Source: a virus
Lineage: Duplodnaviria; Caudoviricetes
Length of the DNA stretch: 36,613 bases
Reading direction: 5' to 3' (one strand)
Virus record (IMG/VR): IMGVR_UViG_3300050196_000132
Location: 1-36,613 of that record
Shown here: one piece after another, positions 6,773 through 16,357 of the stretch
How the letters are laid out: the number at the start of each line of letters is the position of its first letter
Numbering within the stretch: the first letter of the stretch is position 1
Position numbers and translations under genes: made by a program
Notes under the pieces: model-generated
The model's input: the letters and a program-made list of their open reading frames with translations, nothing else
Told to the model about the DNA's origin: nothing
Database searches by the model: none

Positions 6773-9700
6773 ATGACCGCCGCTAACCTCGTCGACCTCG
6801 TAAAAGTTAACGTTTTGTCGGCGGGGTCTGGCTCGTTTGTTTTAGGCTCGGCGGTCTACGGGTTCCGTGGAACCGAAGCCTTGGCCGACGGGTCGCTTTA
6901 CTCATACTCGATCCAAAAGAACGGCGATTATGAAGTGGGTTTCGGGCTTTGGGTCGCGGCGTCGGCCACTTTAACCCGAAGCCCGACCGCCTCGTCAAAT
7001 GGGAATGCGCCGGTCGCTTTCTCTGGCGCCTTCGAGCTATCGTTCGTAGCGCGCGCCGCCGACTTGGTCGGCCGTGGAAGTTCTTCGCCAGTTACAGTTT
7101 CCTACGAAATGAACGACGCTTCGTTCGATATGGCGGGCGACTTTGGAAGCCTAATAACCGTCACGTGTACGCAGGCGCTAACGGCAAACCGAACTCTCGG
7201 CCTGTCGTGTTGGGCCTCTTTGGCCCAAGCGAACAATTTGCCTTTGCGGCAAACTAACGACCTAATTTCGGTCCGCCGGGTCGACGCGGGGCCTTTTTGG
7301 TTGGCTATCGCGTTGGTCAATTGGTCGACCACCGATAATGCTTGGTCTTACGTGCCTATTTGGGGGTTCCACCCGGGTATGGCGTGCGGGCTAACCTCGG
7401 GCTCGGCTCACGTCAGCACCGCCGACACGACGGGGATGGTTATCGGCACGTCCATTGAAGGGCCGTACGTGCCCGCGGGCGCGGTCGTTCAATCAATCGA
7501 CAATAAAACCTCGTTTACTATGGCGTACGCCGACCACCGGCCAGCGCTGGCAGCTGCTACCGGAAGTCAAACGTTATCGTTCGGGGGGTCGCTGGCGAAT
7601 TTTAAATGGACGGGGAACGGCTGGAATACTAACCCCGGCACGCTGGAACAGCTCATTGCGGGGCAAACAAATTACACGCAAACCGGCCGCATGAACGGTG
7701 CGCCATATACGGCCTTTTGGTCGCAATGGAATGTGGGGTCTTTGGAACCTGGCGATTCGACCACAAACAGCATTGTCGCGTATCCAGCCATGTTCCCAAA
7801 TGCGACGATTCTTAATTGGAATTGGCCAAACTATGCGCCCAGCGGCGTTTGGGGGTATGGTTTTGTGAGTTACGGGGATTACGCGGGCGGCCCTACCCCG
7901 CCGCTGGGGTTTTCGTCTACCGGGCCGAAACCAATCCAGCACAAAGACACGGCGTTTTTTGAAGCCCCCTACGCCTACCACGTGCGTTGGCAGTCGGACG
8001 GGGCGGATTGGGATTTGCTAACCGAGTATTGGCTCTATGCCACCGACGCCCCTTCGCGGGGTAACACGACGTTGGTCGAAGTGGCTTGGACGCCCCGCGC
8101 TGCGCATTACGGCACAATAATGTACCCGCAATATGAAGCTAACTTTCTAGGCGTCTGGACTGATAAGTTCGGGGTCGCGTGGAACGTTAACGGCAAGCGC
8201 GGGAAAGAAATCGTGTTTAGCCCGGCCAACGGGTCGGAAATCACCGGGGGTACAATCGACTACCGGGGCGGCGCGGCCTACTTGATTTCCCAAGGGCAGG
8301 TCGACGGAACCGAGTGGAACCACGGCGCGGCGTTTGGGATGGAACCTATTGTGGGTTCGGGGTCGCTACAAATAGACCGCTGGGAACCCGTGCTAGGCGG
8401 CGGCAAGGTGACGTTGACACCGGGCACACCCCCAGCTCCTTCGCTTCTTAGCGGCAACAATCTGAGTTTGACGCTCGGGTACACCGTACCGTCGAACGCC
8501 GTGGGTTGCGTCTACACGACGGACGGGGGCGCTACCTTTTCGGGGTGGGGGGCGACAACTCACACCACGAGGCGCTTGCGGCCGGGTACAACGTATAACG
8601 TGGGCGTCGCGGGCTATAACGACGGCTTGCGTGGCGGGGCCTCCCCAACGGTAAGTATGGCCACCACCTTTGCCGAGGTGGACTTTTCGAGCTCCAGCCT
8701 TTGGGAATCGACCCTAATTAACGACGCGACGAGCCTACAGCACGTAACGGTTACGCCTGCTACCTACACCCTGCCCGGTGGGTCCACTCCTAAAGGGGCT
8801 TTGGTGCAAGACGTTTCAGGCGCTTCGCCAGTCACTTGCCGGCTTAAATGGTCGGCGGTTCTTCCCTCGTTGCTTCCGGGAACGTACGGCCTTTCGGTGT
8901 ACTATAACAATATCGGCGACAACCTAAATTTTGCGTTGTCGATATTTTTCTCGCCCTCTAGGTATCTCGGGTTTAACGTTGAAGACAACGCCCTTGCCTA
9001 TTTTGGCGTGCCCGGGCTTACTGATGGGTTTTACGGCGGCAGCTTCTCTACGTCCGAAGACGTGTTTAAGGGCGTCACTTTTGACGGTTGCCAAGGCGAT
9101 TGGTGGCGGGTCACGGGCCTATGGGATATAATCGACCCTGTGGCGGCCGGTGGCGAGGCCAATATTACCTTGCTTTACCGCGACCCCGTTTCGGGTAAGC
9201 AGTACGAAACGCCCTATACGCCTAATGGTTCGGGGGAACTTGGGTTTTCTCGCTTCGCGTTGCAGGCTGTTGATTTTTCAACGGCCAATTCCGCGTATTA
9301 CGGGGCTAATCTTGCCGCCCCGATAGTTTGGACGCCCGACCATTCGACGGCAACCAGCGTGACGGCTTGGGATGGCGTGGGCCTCGCGACAAAGTACCTA
9401 GAGCAAACCGGAAGCGCGGTGACTACGGGGGTAAATAGCAACGGCAATACCGTTACGGTCGACACGGCGGCCCATGAATACATCGCGTGCTTTGACGTGG
9501 AGCCCTTAGGGCGGGACTTCCTCACCTTGGTTTTTGACAACACCGGTTTTACGCAGAACCTTAGCGTTACCTTTCAACTGTCGACACGACAAGCGACGGC
9601 CGTTTCGACGGGCGGCGGGGGCATGACGTGCGCTCAATGTGGCGTCGTTCTGCTGGCCCCGGGCCGCTATCGCGTATGGGCTCGGGTTCACAAGCCCGCT

Positions 9701-9820
9701 GCCGTTACGACGTTGTTTTTCGCGTTGTACGGTTCCGGCACGAGTTCGACCGTTCACACCGGGGACGCCACAAAAGGGTTTGTCCTGCAACCCAACTCGC
9801 GTATTTGCCAAGTGCTATAG
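6773..9820 (+). CDS. Large modular fibre/spike protein: fibre-anchor N-terminus, GH12-like glycoside hydrolase, FN3, C-terminal beta-sandwich domains
   Basis: N-terminus like phage fibre anchors (VKV...GSGSFVLGSAV.GF...YEVG.G...LTR). GH12-like WNWP..VWGY, DLLTEYW, VEV, FGMEP. FN3 motif LRPGTTYNVGVAGYN. Confidence 0.65.
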   Translation: MTAANLVDLVKVNVLSAGSGSFVLGSAVYGFRGTEALADGSLYSYSIQKNGDYEVGFGLWVAASATLTRSPTASSNGNAPVAFSGAFELSFVARAADLVGRGSSSPVTVSYEMNDASFDMAGDFGSLITVTCTQALTANRTLGLSCWASLAQANNLPLRQTNDLISVRRVDAGPFWLAIALVNWSTTDNAWSYVPIWGFHPGMACGLTSGSAHVSTADTTGMVIGTSIEGPYVPAGAVVQSIDNKTSFTMAYADHRPALAAATGSQTLSFGGSLANFKWTGNGWNTNPGTLEQLIAGQTNYTQTGRMNGAPYTAFWSQWNVGSLEPGDSTTNSIVAYPAMFPNATILNWNWPNYAPSGVWGYGFVSYGDYAGGPTPPLGFSSTGPKPIQHKDTAFFEAPYAYHVRWQSDGADWDLLTEYWLYATDAPSRGNTTLVEVAWTPRAAHYGTIMYPQYEANFLGVWTDKFGVAWNVNGKRGKEIVFSPANGSEITGGTIDYRGGAAYLISQGQVDGTEWNHGAAFGMEPIVGSGSLQIDRWEPVLGGGKVTLTPGTPPAPSLLSGNNLSLTLGYTVPSNAVGCVYTTDGGATFSGWGATTHTTRRLRPGTTYNVGVAGYNDGLRGGASPTVSMATTFAEVDFSSSSLWESTLINDATSLQHVTVTPATYTLPGGSTPKGALVQDVSGASPVTCRLKWSAVLPSLLPGTYGLSVYYNNIGDNLNFALSIFFSPSRYLGFNVEDNALAYFGVPGLTDGFYGGSFSTSEDVFKGVTFDGCQGDWWRVTGLWDIIDPVAAGGEANITLLYRDPVSGKQYETPYTPNGSGELGFSRFALQAVDFSTANSAYYGANLAAPIVWTPDHSTATSVTAWDGVGLATKYLEQTGSAVTTGVNSNGNTVTVDTAAHEYIACFDVEPLGRDFLTLVFDNTGFTQNLSVTFQLSTRQATAVSTGGGGMTCAQCGVVLLAPGRYRVWARVHKPAAVTTLFFALYGSGTSSTVHTGDATKGFVLQPNSRICQVL

Positions 9821-9837
9821 CCCCTCCCCCCAGCGGG

Positions 9838-9866
9838 TTGCCTGCAACGACCCCAGCTGTTAGGCC
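9838..9866 (+). promoter_or_regulatory. Promoter TTGCCT-17-TAGGCC
   Basis: Intergenic, upstream of 9908. Confidence 0.4.
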
Positions 9867-9907
9867 TAAGAGGCTAGTAAATCTCACAAAGCGAAGGGGC
9901 GTACTAA

Positions 9908-10174
9908 ATGGCCGATTCCATAAACGCCAACATTTTGATCCCAGACGCGACTTGGGTTGATCTAACGGCTACGTACGGCACGCTGGCGAACGCTCAGTCG
10001 TGGGTGCAAAATCGAGGCGCTAACCGCGTCGTGCTGGCCTACTCGTCGTCCGGCAGCGCTCCGACGGCAGGCGGCTATGCGCTCGACCCCGGCGGCACGT
10101 TTGGCGGGAACGCCGCGCATATTTGGGCCAGCGCGCCCGCCGGGCCCGCCACCCTATCGGCTGGCATTGTTTAA
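9908..10174 (+). CDS. Small beta-rich virion protein (possible spike base/adaptor)
   Basis: 88 aa with a VQNRG.N.V.L...G..L.PG pattern seen in small phage virion proteins. GAAGGGG RBS. Confidence 0.65.
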   Translation: MADSINANILIPDATWVDLTATYGTLANAQSWVQNRGANRVVLAYSSSGSAPTAGGYALDPGGTFGGNAAHIWASAPAGPATLSAGIV

Positions 10175-10185
10175 GGAGCAACGCA

Positions 10186-11934
10186 ATGCAAGGGACCGAT
10201 GGATACGCGCAGATTTTGGCAGCCGCGGCTTTGGGGCGCGTTGCCCCGGCCGCCAACACTGTCGCAGTTGTTGCCGATAGCTATGGTTGGTACGCGTCAC
10301 CGCAAACTGCAAATTTCTCCATTACCAGCACTACGGCGGGTCAAACGTCAATCACGGTGTCTCAAGCCTCGCAAACGGGCTACCTCGCCGTGGGCGACCG
10401 TATTCTGCTAGTGAACAACGCCGCCAACCCAACTATGAGCGAAACAGTGATTGTTGGCGACACTTGGGGCGGCCCGGGCAGCACCAGTGTACCCCTTACG
10501 TCCGCAGTCCAGAACAGCGGCCTGGTTGTGGGTATAGTCTATGCAGCGCGGTTGCCTTCCGTGAACTCGTGGTTTTCGATTGCGATGGCCCGCCTTGGGC
10601 AACCGCTAGCCGTATTGCCAAACCAGCGGGGTGGCGCGGTGACGGCTCAATGGGCTTCCGGCATTTCGATATGGGGCATATCGGGCGGAACGTCGAGCCA
10701 GCTTAATGGAAGCCTACCATACACAGACGCAGTAGGTGTTACTTCCCTAAATAACTACGAGGCGTTAGCAATCGCCTCGGGGGCTAAGTATATCGTTCGC
10801 TCCATCGGCACCAACGACGTAGCGGCGGGCGTGAGTGCTGCAACTATCATCGCAAACGACGCGTCGTTTCTCTCCGCGTGCACCGCCGCGGGGCGTATCC
10901 CGGTTCTTTTCACAATTCCCCCGCGGGGGTCGCTAACAAGCTCGCAATACGCGGTGCAGCAACAAGTTAACTCTTTTCGTCGTGGCCTTGCGCGAAAAGG
11001 CGTGCTTCTCGCAGACATTAACCGCTGGCTGGCGGACCCCTTGACGGGCCAGTGGCTTGCCGCCCCGTCGACTGGTTTGTGGGGCATTCCCGCCAACGTC
11101 TATTACACCAATGACAGCGTTCATCCCGTGTTTTTCTCGGGCGCGTGGGCGATGGCCTCCGCATTGGTTGACGCCCTGCAGTCTGTGCTCCCCCCCGTTG
11201 CGCATGTTTCGGATATTTATAACCCGACCGGGGCGCAACGCCCCGTCATGGGCACTACGAATGCGGGTAATTTTGACCTTAACTACAGCGCTACTTATGG
11301 GGCCAACCCTCTTGGAAACTTTCTCGGGAATGGGCAATTTTCGGGTACGAGCGGCGGCGGCACGCTAGTTCCGGGTTCGGGCAGTGCTGGAACGGGATGG
11401 AATGTTAACACCCTCCATACCCCAACGAGCGGTAGTTTTACCGTGGCGGGTAACGTCGCTAGGCCTAACACTGTCGGCGACCCCTACGCCCGGGGGTACT
11501 CGCAGACGGTCGCAGTAAGCCAAGGCACCGGCACCGATTACGGGGCATTTGAACTATATAACACCAGTTTCGACGTGGCGAGCGCCGCCGGTCAAGCCCC
11601 CGGCGCGTTTACGTGGCAAATTGGGGAACTCGTGTACGGCGCCGTATGGGTGAATATCGCGTCCCCCGGCGGGGCGGGCACTACGCACGAAACCTACGCC
11701 ACTATGCAAGTTTCTTTTTATAACTCCGCGGGAACGCAGATTGGGGCGACTTCGGCGCTTAAATACATCACCAATTCCTTGCCCGCTTATGACCCCGCCA
11801 TTGGAAGCCCGGCTTTGTTGCTACGGACCCCGCCCTGCCCTATCCCCCCAAATACGGCTAAGGTGCAAATGTACCTTACGGGGGTCGGCGTCGGAACTTT
11901 CACTTTTACAGACGCCGAAATTCGGGCTTGGTGA
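10186..11934 (+). CDS. SGNH/GDSL esterase-domain virion protein with a C-terminal carbohydrate-binding-like domain
   Basis: Block I VADSY, block II GISGGTS, block III IGTND, block V DSVHP. TAAGGAG RBS before ATG 10186. Confidence 0.8.
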   Translation: MQGTDGYAQILAAAALGRVAPAANTVAVVADSYGWYASPQTANFSITSTTAGQTSITVSQASQTGYLAVGDRILLVNNAANPTMSETVIVGDTWGGPGSTSVPLTSAVQNSGLVVGIVYAARLPSVNSWFSIAMARLGQPLAVLPNQRGGAVTAQWASGISIWGISGGTSSQLNGSLPYTDAVGVTSLNNYEALAIASGAKYIVRSIGTNDVAAGVSAATIIANDASFLSACTAAGRIPVLFTIPPRGSLTSSQYAVQQQVNSFRRGLARKGVLLADINRWLADPLTGQWLAAPSTGLWGIPANVYYTNDSVHPVFFSGAWAMASALVDALQSVLPPVAHVSDIYNPTGAQRPVMGTTNAGNFDLNYSATYGANPLGNFLGNGQFSGTSGGGTLVPGSGSAGTGWNVNTLHTPTSGSFTVAGNVARPNTVGDPYARGYSQTVAVSQGTGTDYGAFELYNTSFDVASAAGQAPGAFTWQIGELVYGAVWVNIASPGGAGTTHETYATMQVSFYNSAGTQIGATSALKYITNSLPAYDPAIGSPALLLRTPPCPIPPNTAKVQMYLTGVGVGTFTFTDAEIRAW

Positions 11935-11958
11935 CCGCGCAGCCCGTGGAAAGGAAAC

Positions 11959-13599
11959 TTGGTGCTGGCCGACCCGCAGTTTGATTTTAAGCATCCCGTC
12001 TACACGCCGATAATTAAGGAGCGTATGCGGCGCCTGCAGCGGCTACGCGACGAGCCTGCCCTCGTCGGCCATCTACTGCGGGTCTACAAAGACGCGCCGT
12101 GGCTAATGATTGTCGATTGGGGCGTGACATTCGACCCGCGCAATGTCGAACGCGGTTTGCCTGCGTCTATCCCGTTCCTGCTTTTCCCGAAACAAGTCGA
12201 ATGGTGTCAATGGGCGTTCGAGCGTTGGAAAGCCCAAGAGCCGGGCATAACCGACAAAAGCCGCGACCTCGGCATGTCGTGGTGCGCGATTGGCATGGCG
12301 TGCGCGCTAGCGATCACCCACGACGGGTTTACGGCGGGTTTTGGAAGCCGAAAAGAGGAGTATGTGGATAAGATCGGGTCGCCAAAGGCCTTATTTTGGA
12401 AAGCCCGCAAATTCCTAGAGAACCTGCCGCGCGAATTGCGGGCGGGCCACGACCCCCGCCAGCACGCGCCGCACTTGCGCCTAACGTTTCCGCGTACGGG
12501 TTCGGTCATAACCGGCGAGGCGGGCGACAATATCGGGCGCGGCGATCGCGCTTCAATCTATTTTGTCGACGAGTCGGCTCACCTTGAACGACCTATGCTT
12601 ATTGAAGCCTCGCTGTCGGCCACTACCAACTGCCGAATCGACATCTCCAGCGCGAACGGTATGGGCAACCCGTTTGCCCAAAAGCGCCATAGTTGGCCCG
12701 AACGCCAAATTTTTACGCTGCACTGGCGAGACGACCCGCGTAAAGACGACGTTTGGTACGCCAAGCAAATTGCGCAACTAGACCCCGTAACGGTTGCCCA
12801 AGAAATTGACATTGATTACGCGGCGGCGGTCGAAGGCGTGATTATCCCCAGCGCTTGGGTACAGGCGGCCGTAGACGCGCATATCGCGCTTGGCCTAGAC
12901 GATAGCGGCGAACGGACCGCCGCGTTCGACGTGGCCGACGAAGGGGCCGACAAGAACGCCTTTATCAGCATGAAAGGCATGGTTATTGACGTGGCCGAAG
13001 AATGGTCAGGCAAAAATTCCGACATTTTCCATTCGGTGCAAAAAGTCTTCGGGTTTTGCGACGATATTGCGCTTGACGGCTTTTTGTACGACGCGGACGG
13101 CATGGGCGCGGGCGTGCGGGGGGACGCGCGAGCGATAAACGACAAACGGCGGGCGCTGGCGTTCGAGACGGGGAAGCCCCCTCGCCTAGTCAATCCGTCG
13201 CCCTTTTGGGGCTCGGGCGCAGTCGAGCGGCCCGATAGCCCGTTCATGGCTGGGGCCGACCGAACCAACGGCGATTATTACGCCAACCGCAAGGCGCAAA
13301 ATTGGGGCGTCACCATGCGTCGGTTTCGCGAAACCTATCGCGCGCGGACCGAGCCAGGGTATAAATACGACTCGTCTTTGCTGATTTCCATATCGAGCAA
13401 AATCCCAAGCGTGACCCGAACGAAGCTGCTTTCGGAACTTTCGCAACCCACGTGGGAACGCAATATGGTTGGTAAAATGGTCGTCGACAAAAAGCCCGAC
13501 GGTTCGAAGTCGCCAAACCTCGCAGATGGCGTTATGATGGTTGCCGGCGGCGGTCGCCGCCGTATGCGGATTAGCGACGAGGCGGCAAACAGGCGATGA
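11959..13599 (+). CDS. terL: Terminase large subunit
   Basis: KSRDLGMSW (Walker A-like), YFVDE (Walker B), ISSANG, nuclease FDVADEG.D, YDADGMG and SPNLAD. Confidence 0.93.
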   Translation: MVLADPQFDFKHPVYTPIIKERMRRLQRLRDEPALVGHLLRVYKDAPWLMIVDWGVTFDPRNVERGLPASIPFLLFPKQVEWCQWAFERWKAQEPGITDKSRDLGMSWCAIGMACALAITHDGFTAGFGSRKEEYVDKIGSPKALFWKARKFLENLPRELRAGHDPRQHAPHLRLTFPRTGSVITGEAGDNIGRGDRASIYFVDESAHLERPMLIEASLSATTNCRIDISSANGMGNPFAQKRHSWPERQIFTLHWRDDPRKDDVWYAKQIAQLDPVTVAQEIDIDYAAAVEGVIIPSAWVQAAVDAHIALGLDDSGERTAAFDVADEGADKNAFISMKGMVIDVAEEWSGKNSDIFHSVQKVFGFCDDIALDGFLYDADGMGAGVRGDARAINDKRRALAFETGKPPRLVNPSPFWGSGAVERPDSPFMAGADRTNGDYYANRKAQNWGVTMRRFRETYRARTEPGYKYDSSLLISISSKIPSVTRTKLLSELSQPTWERNMVGKMVVDKKPDGSKSPNLADGVMMVAGGGRRRMRISDEAANRR

Positions 13600-16199
13600 T
13601 TACATATAACGGCTACCGGCTTTCCGAAGGCGCGGCGCGCGTGGCCCGAGGGCTTCCCCCGCTGCGCCCCGTCTCGCCTATGACCATTAGCCCCGGCGCT
13701 GCCACGCTATCCCGTGTTGTGCCGCCCAATCCGTCGCCGATGGCCATGGGCGCCGAAAGCATTTTTGCGCCCTATAAGTTTCCCGAAGGCGTTTACCCGG
13801 CCAGTGCGGGGATGGCGATGGACAGTTGCCCGCCGCTGCCTGCCGCCGTGGGCGCTTGGGCCAGCGGGGCGCTGTTCCACGAGGGCCAAGGGTTCTTTGG
13901 GTTTCCCTACCTGGCCGAACTGATTCAGCGTGTCGAGTATCGCAACGCCTGCCATATTTGGGCCGAACACGCGGTGCGTAAATGGATTCGGTTCGTTAAT
14001 ATTGACGATAAAAAAGCTGACGAACTCGACAAGGCGTTTCGCGCGCTCAAAGTACGGTCGACCTTTTACAATTGGGCCATGCAAGACAACATTTTCGGGC
14101 GCGGGCAGATTTTCTTGGACTTTGGGGACGCGGGCAAACCCGAAGAACTCGAAACGCCTTTGACGCTCGACAAGTCCAAAATTAACATAGACCGCCCAAT
14201 CAAGGCGCTAAAAGTCGTAGAGCCGTTTTGGTGTGCGCCCGGCCCATACGGCGCCAGTAGCCCCCTGTCGCAGGACTTTTACGTCCCTTCTAAATGGTAC
14301 GCTTACGGCACGACGGTTGACGCCTCCCGGCTCCTGACCCTGACCAGCCGACCGGTTCCCGATATGCTCAAACCGGCGTATGCGTTTGGCGGCCAATCGC
14401 TTACCCAAGTGATGAAAGCCTATGTCGACAACTGGTTGCGGACGCGCCAATCGTCTTCGGACTTGCTCGATATGCACAGCCAGCCAGTCCTAAAGACGGA
14501 TATGTCCTCTATTCTCCAAGGCGGCGCGGGTAACGATTTCTACGCCCGGCTCGACATTTTCCAGAACAACCGCAACAACCGAGGGGTTTTGGCGCTGGAT
14601 ATGGCGGACGAAGACTTTTCGTTCGTCACTACGCCGTTGTCCGGAATTTCCGAGTTAGTCGCCCAAGCGCAAGAGCAAGTCGCCAGCGCGGCCCGCCTGC
14701 CGCTGTCGATTTATCTGCAAATCACGCCGACCGGTCTCAACGCCACAAACGACGGCGAGACGCGCAATTTTTATGCCGACGTCCATGCGTTCCAAGAGGC
14801 GCACTTTCGGCCTGGTCTGGAGGTAATCCTTAAAGTCGTGCAGCTTTCCTTGTGGGGGGAAATTGACGCAGATATTGACTTTGACTTTTTGCCGCTTTGG
14901 GAAATGTCGGACAAGGACAAGGCGGACATTCGTAAGGTCGACGCCGACACGGACGTGGCCTACTGCAACGCCGGGATTATCGACCCCGAGGAAGCGCGCG
15001 AACGTCTGCGACTCGACGAGACCGGGCTTTACGCGGGCGTCGACTTGACCGGCCCTGCACCCGAATTGTCAGAGGAGCCAGACGACGACGCCCCGGACGG
15101 TTCGGGCGGGGATAAGCCCGCGATGGACGCCGAGTGGAAAGAGGAAGACCACCCGCGCGCAGACAATGGGCAATTTGGCAACGGCGGCGGCGCGGCATTA
15201 AAAGCCAAGGCCGAAGCGGACCCCGCTAAACCGTTCATGGGCGACCAACCAACCAACCAACCCGCCGCTTCTGCGGCTAAGGAAGGCAGCCAAACGGCGC
15301 CTTTCGTCACGTCGTCGAATAAGCCCACACACCCGCTTGTTACGAAAGAATTGGGCGAAAAGGGCGTCGAACGCGTGCGGGAACTAATTGCGCGAAAAGA
15401 CAGCACGGCGGCCGAAATTTTTGCCGCGCTCAAGCCGCTTGACGAGCTTAACAAGCGTTCGGTCGTCACCATGCGCGAAGAGGATGTTGACACGCCTGAA
15501 AAGGTCGAGAAGTTCATAGCGTCGCGGCAATACGTCACTTTGCAAGGCGACAAAACCGACGCGGCGGGAGCGGTCGGGTCGCTGATCTCTAAAGCCGAAA
15601 GCTATGCGTATGAGAATGGCGGCGTCGGGGTTAGGCGCGAAAAGAAAGCGCGGCTTATTTTGGGGCCGCCCGCCGCCGGTAAATCCACAAGCGCCGAACG
15701 AATCGCGGCCACGCAGGGATACGCGATTGTGGATAGTGACGACGCAAAAAAGGTCGTGCCTGAATTTGACGACGGGTTGAACGCTAACGGGGTTCACGCC
15801 GAGTCGTCAGAACTTCAAAAGGAAGTGTTACGCACGATGTTGAAGCGGGGCGATAACGTTATTTTGCCACTCGTCGGCGGTTCCCCAGGCTCGATTGAAA
15901 AGCGTATAAAGGGCCTGCAGGCGGCGGGCTATGACGTAACGGTCGACGTCTTAGACGTGCACCCAGACGAAGCCGCGCGGCGCATGGCAGGCCGTACGCT
16001 GTCGAAGGGCCGTCACATTGCGACCGGTTACGCGGCTTCCATCGGTTCGTCACCTTTGCAAACGTACGAGACGCTAAAAACCCGCTACCCTAGCCTAGCT
16101 TTTGGCAAGATTAACGGTAACGGGTCGGCGAAAGAAGAAATATATGAAGAGGCCATTAACCACCCGTCGGCTCGGGCGGGGACGCGACTATTTACGTAG
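13596..16199 (+). CDS. Portal protein (DUF1073-type) fused to a C-terminal zeta-toxin-like P-loop kinase domain
   Basis: Follows TerL. Portal motifs FGG.SL, TPTGLNAT.DGE.RNFY, F.PLWEMSDK. After an acidic linker: GPPAAGKS (aa 690-697), VDSDDAK, VHAES, R...GRHI. Confidence 0.88.
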   Translation: MITYNGYRLSEGAARVARGLPPLRPVSPMTISPGAATLSRVVPPNPSPMAMGAESIFAPYKFPEGVYPASAGMAMDSCPPLPAAVGAWASGALFHEGQGFFGFPYLAELIQRVEYRNACHIWAEHAVRKWIRFVNIDDKKADELDKAFRALKVRSTFYNWAMQDNIFGRGQIFLDFGDAGKPEELETPLTLDKSKINIDRPIKALKVVEPFWCAPGPYGASSPLSQDFYVPSKWYAYGTTVDASRLLTLTSRPVPDMLKPAYAFGGQSLTQVMKAYVDNWLRTRQSSSDLLDMHSQPVLKTDMSSILQGGAGNDFYARLDIFQNNRNNRGVLALDMADEDFSFVTTPLSGISELVAQAQEQVASAARLPLSIYLQITPTGLNATNDGETRNFYADVHAFQEAHFRPGLEVILKVVQLSLWGEIDADIDFDFLPLWEMSDKDKADIRKVDADTDVAYCNAGIIDPEEARERLRLDETGLYAGVDLTGPAPELSEEPDDDAPDGSGGDKPAMDAEWKEEDHPRADNGQFGNGGGAALKAKAEADPAKPFMGDQPTNQPAASAAKEGSQTAPFVTSSNKPTHPLVTKELGEKGVERVRELIARKDSTAAEIFAALKPLDELNKRSVVTMREEDVDTPEKVEKFIASRQYVTLQGDKTDAAGAVGSLISKAESYAYENGGVGVRREKKARLILGPPAAGKSTSAERIAATQGYAIVDSDDAKKVVPEFDDGLNANGVHAESSELQKEVLRTMLKRGDNVILPLVGGSPGSIEKRIKGLQAAGYDVTVDVLDVHPDEAARRMAGRTLSKGRHIATGYAASIGSSPLQTYETLKTRYPSLAFGKINGNGSAKEEIYEEAINHPSARAGTRLFT

Positions 16200-16353
16200 C
16201 CGCGGGGACTTCGGGAAGCTGGACGCCTTTGTCAGGATTAGCCATTAGGTAATCAAAATATTCCCAGCTTTTTTCTTCGACTTGGTCATGCCATTCGCGG
16301 CTTCCTACTTCCGGCGCCTTAACGGGCGCCGGTTCGTTCTTTTTATCTACCAT
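16192..16353 (-). CDS. 53-aa acidic protein, candidate antitoxin/immunity protein (not in the ORF track)
   Basis: MVDKKNEPAPVKAPEVGSREWHDQVEEKSWEYFDYLMANPDKGVQLPEVPAAT. It starts 4 nt after the upstream stop, fills the gap exactly and overlaps the portal-zeta 3' end by 8 nt. Confidence 0.65.
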   Translation of the reverse strand: MVDKKNEPAPVKAPEVGSREWHDQVEEKSWEYFDYLMANPDKGVQLPEVPAAT

Positions 16354-16357
16354 GATC

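Noticed and set aside
6773-11934. Diversity-generating retroelement or invertible fibre cassette
   Set aside because: No reverse transcriptase, invertase or TR/VR repeat pair was seen in the window.
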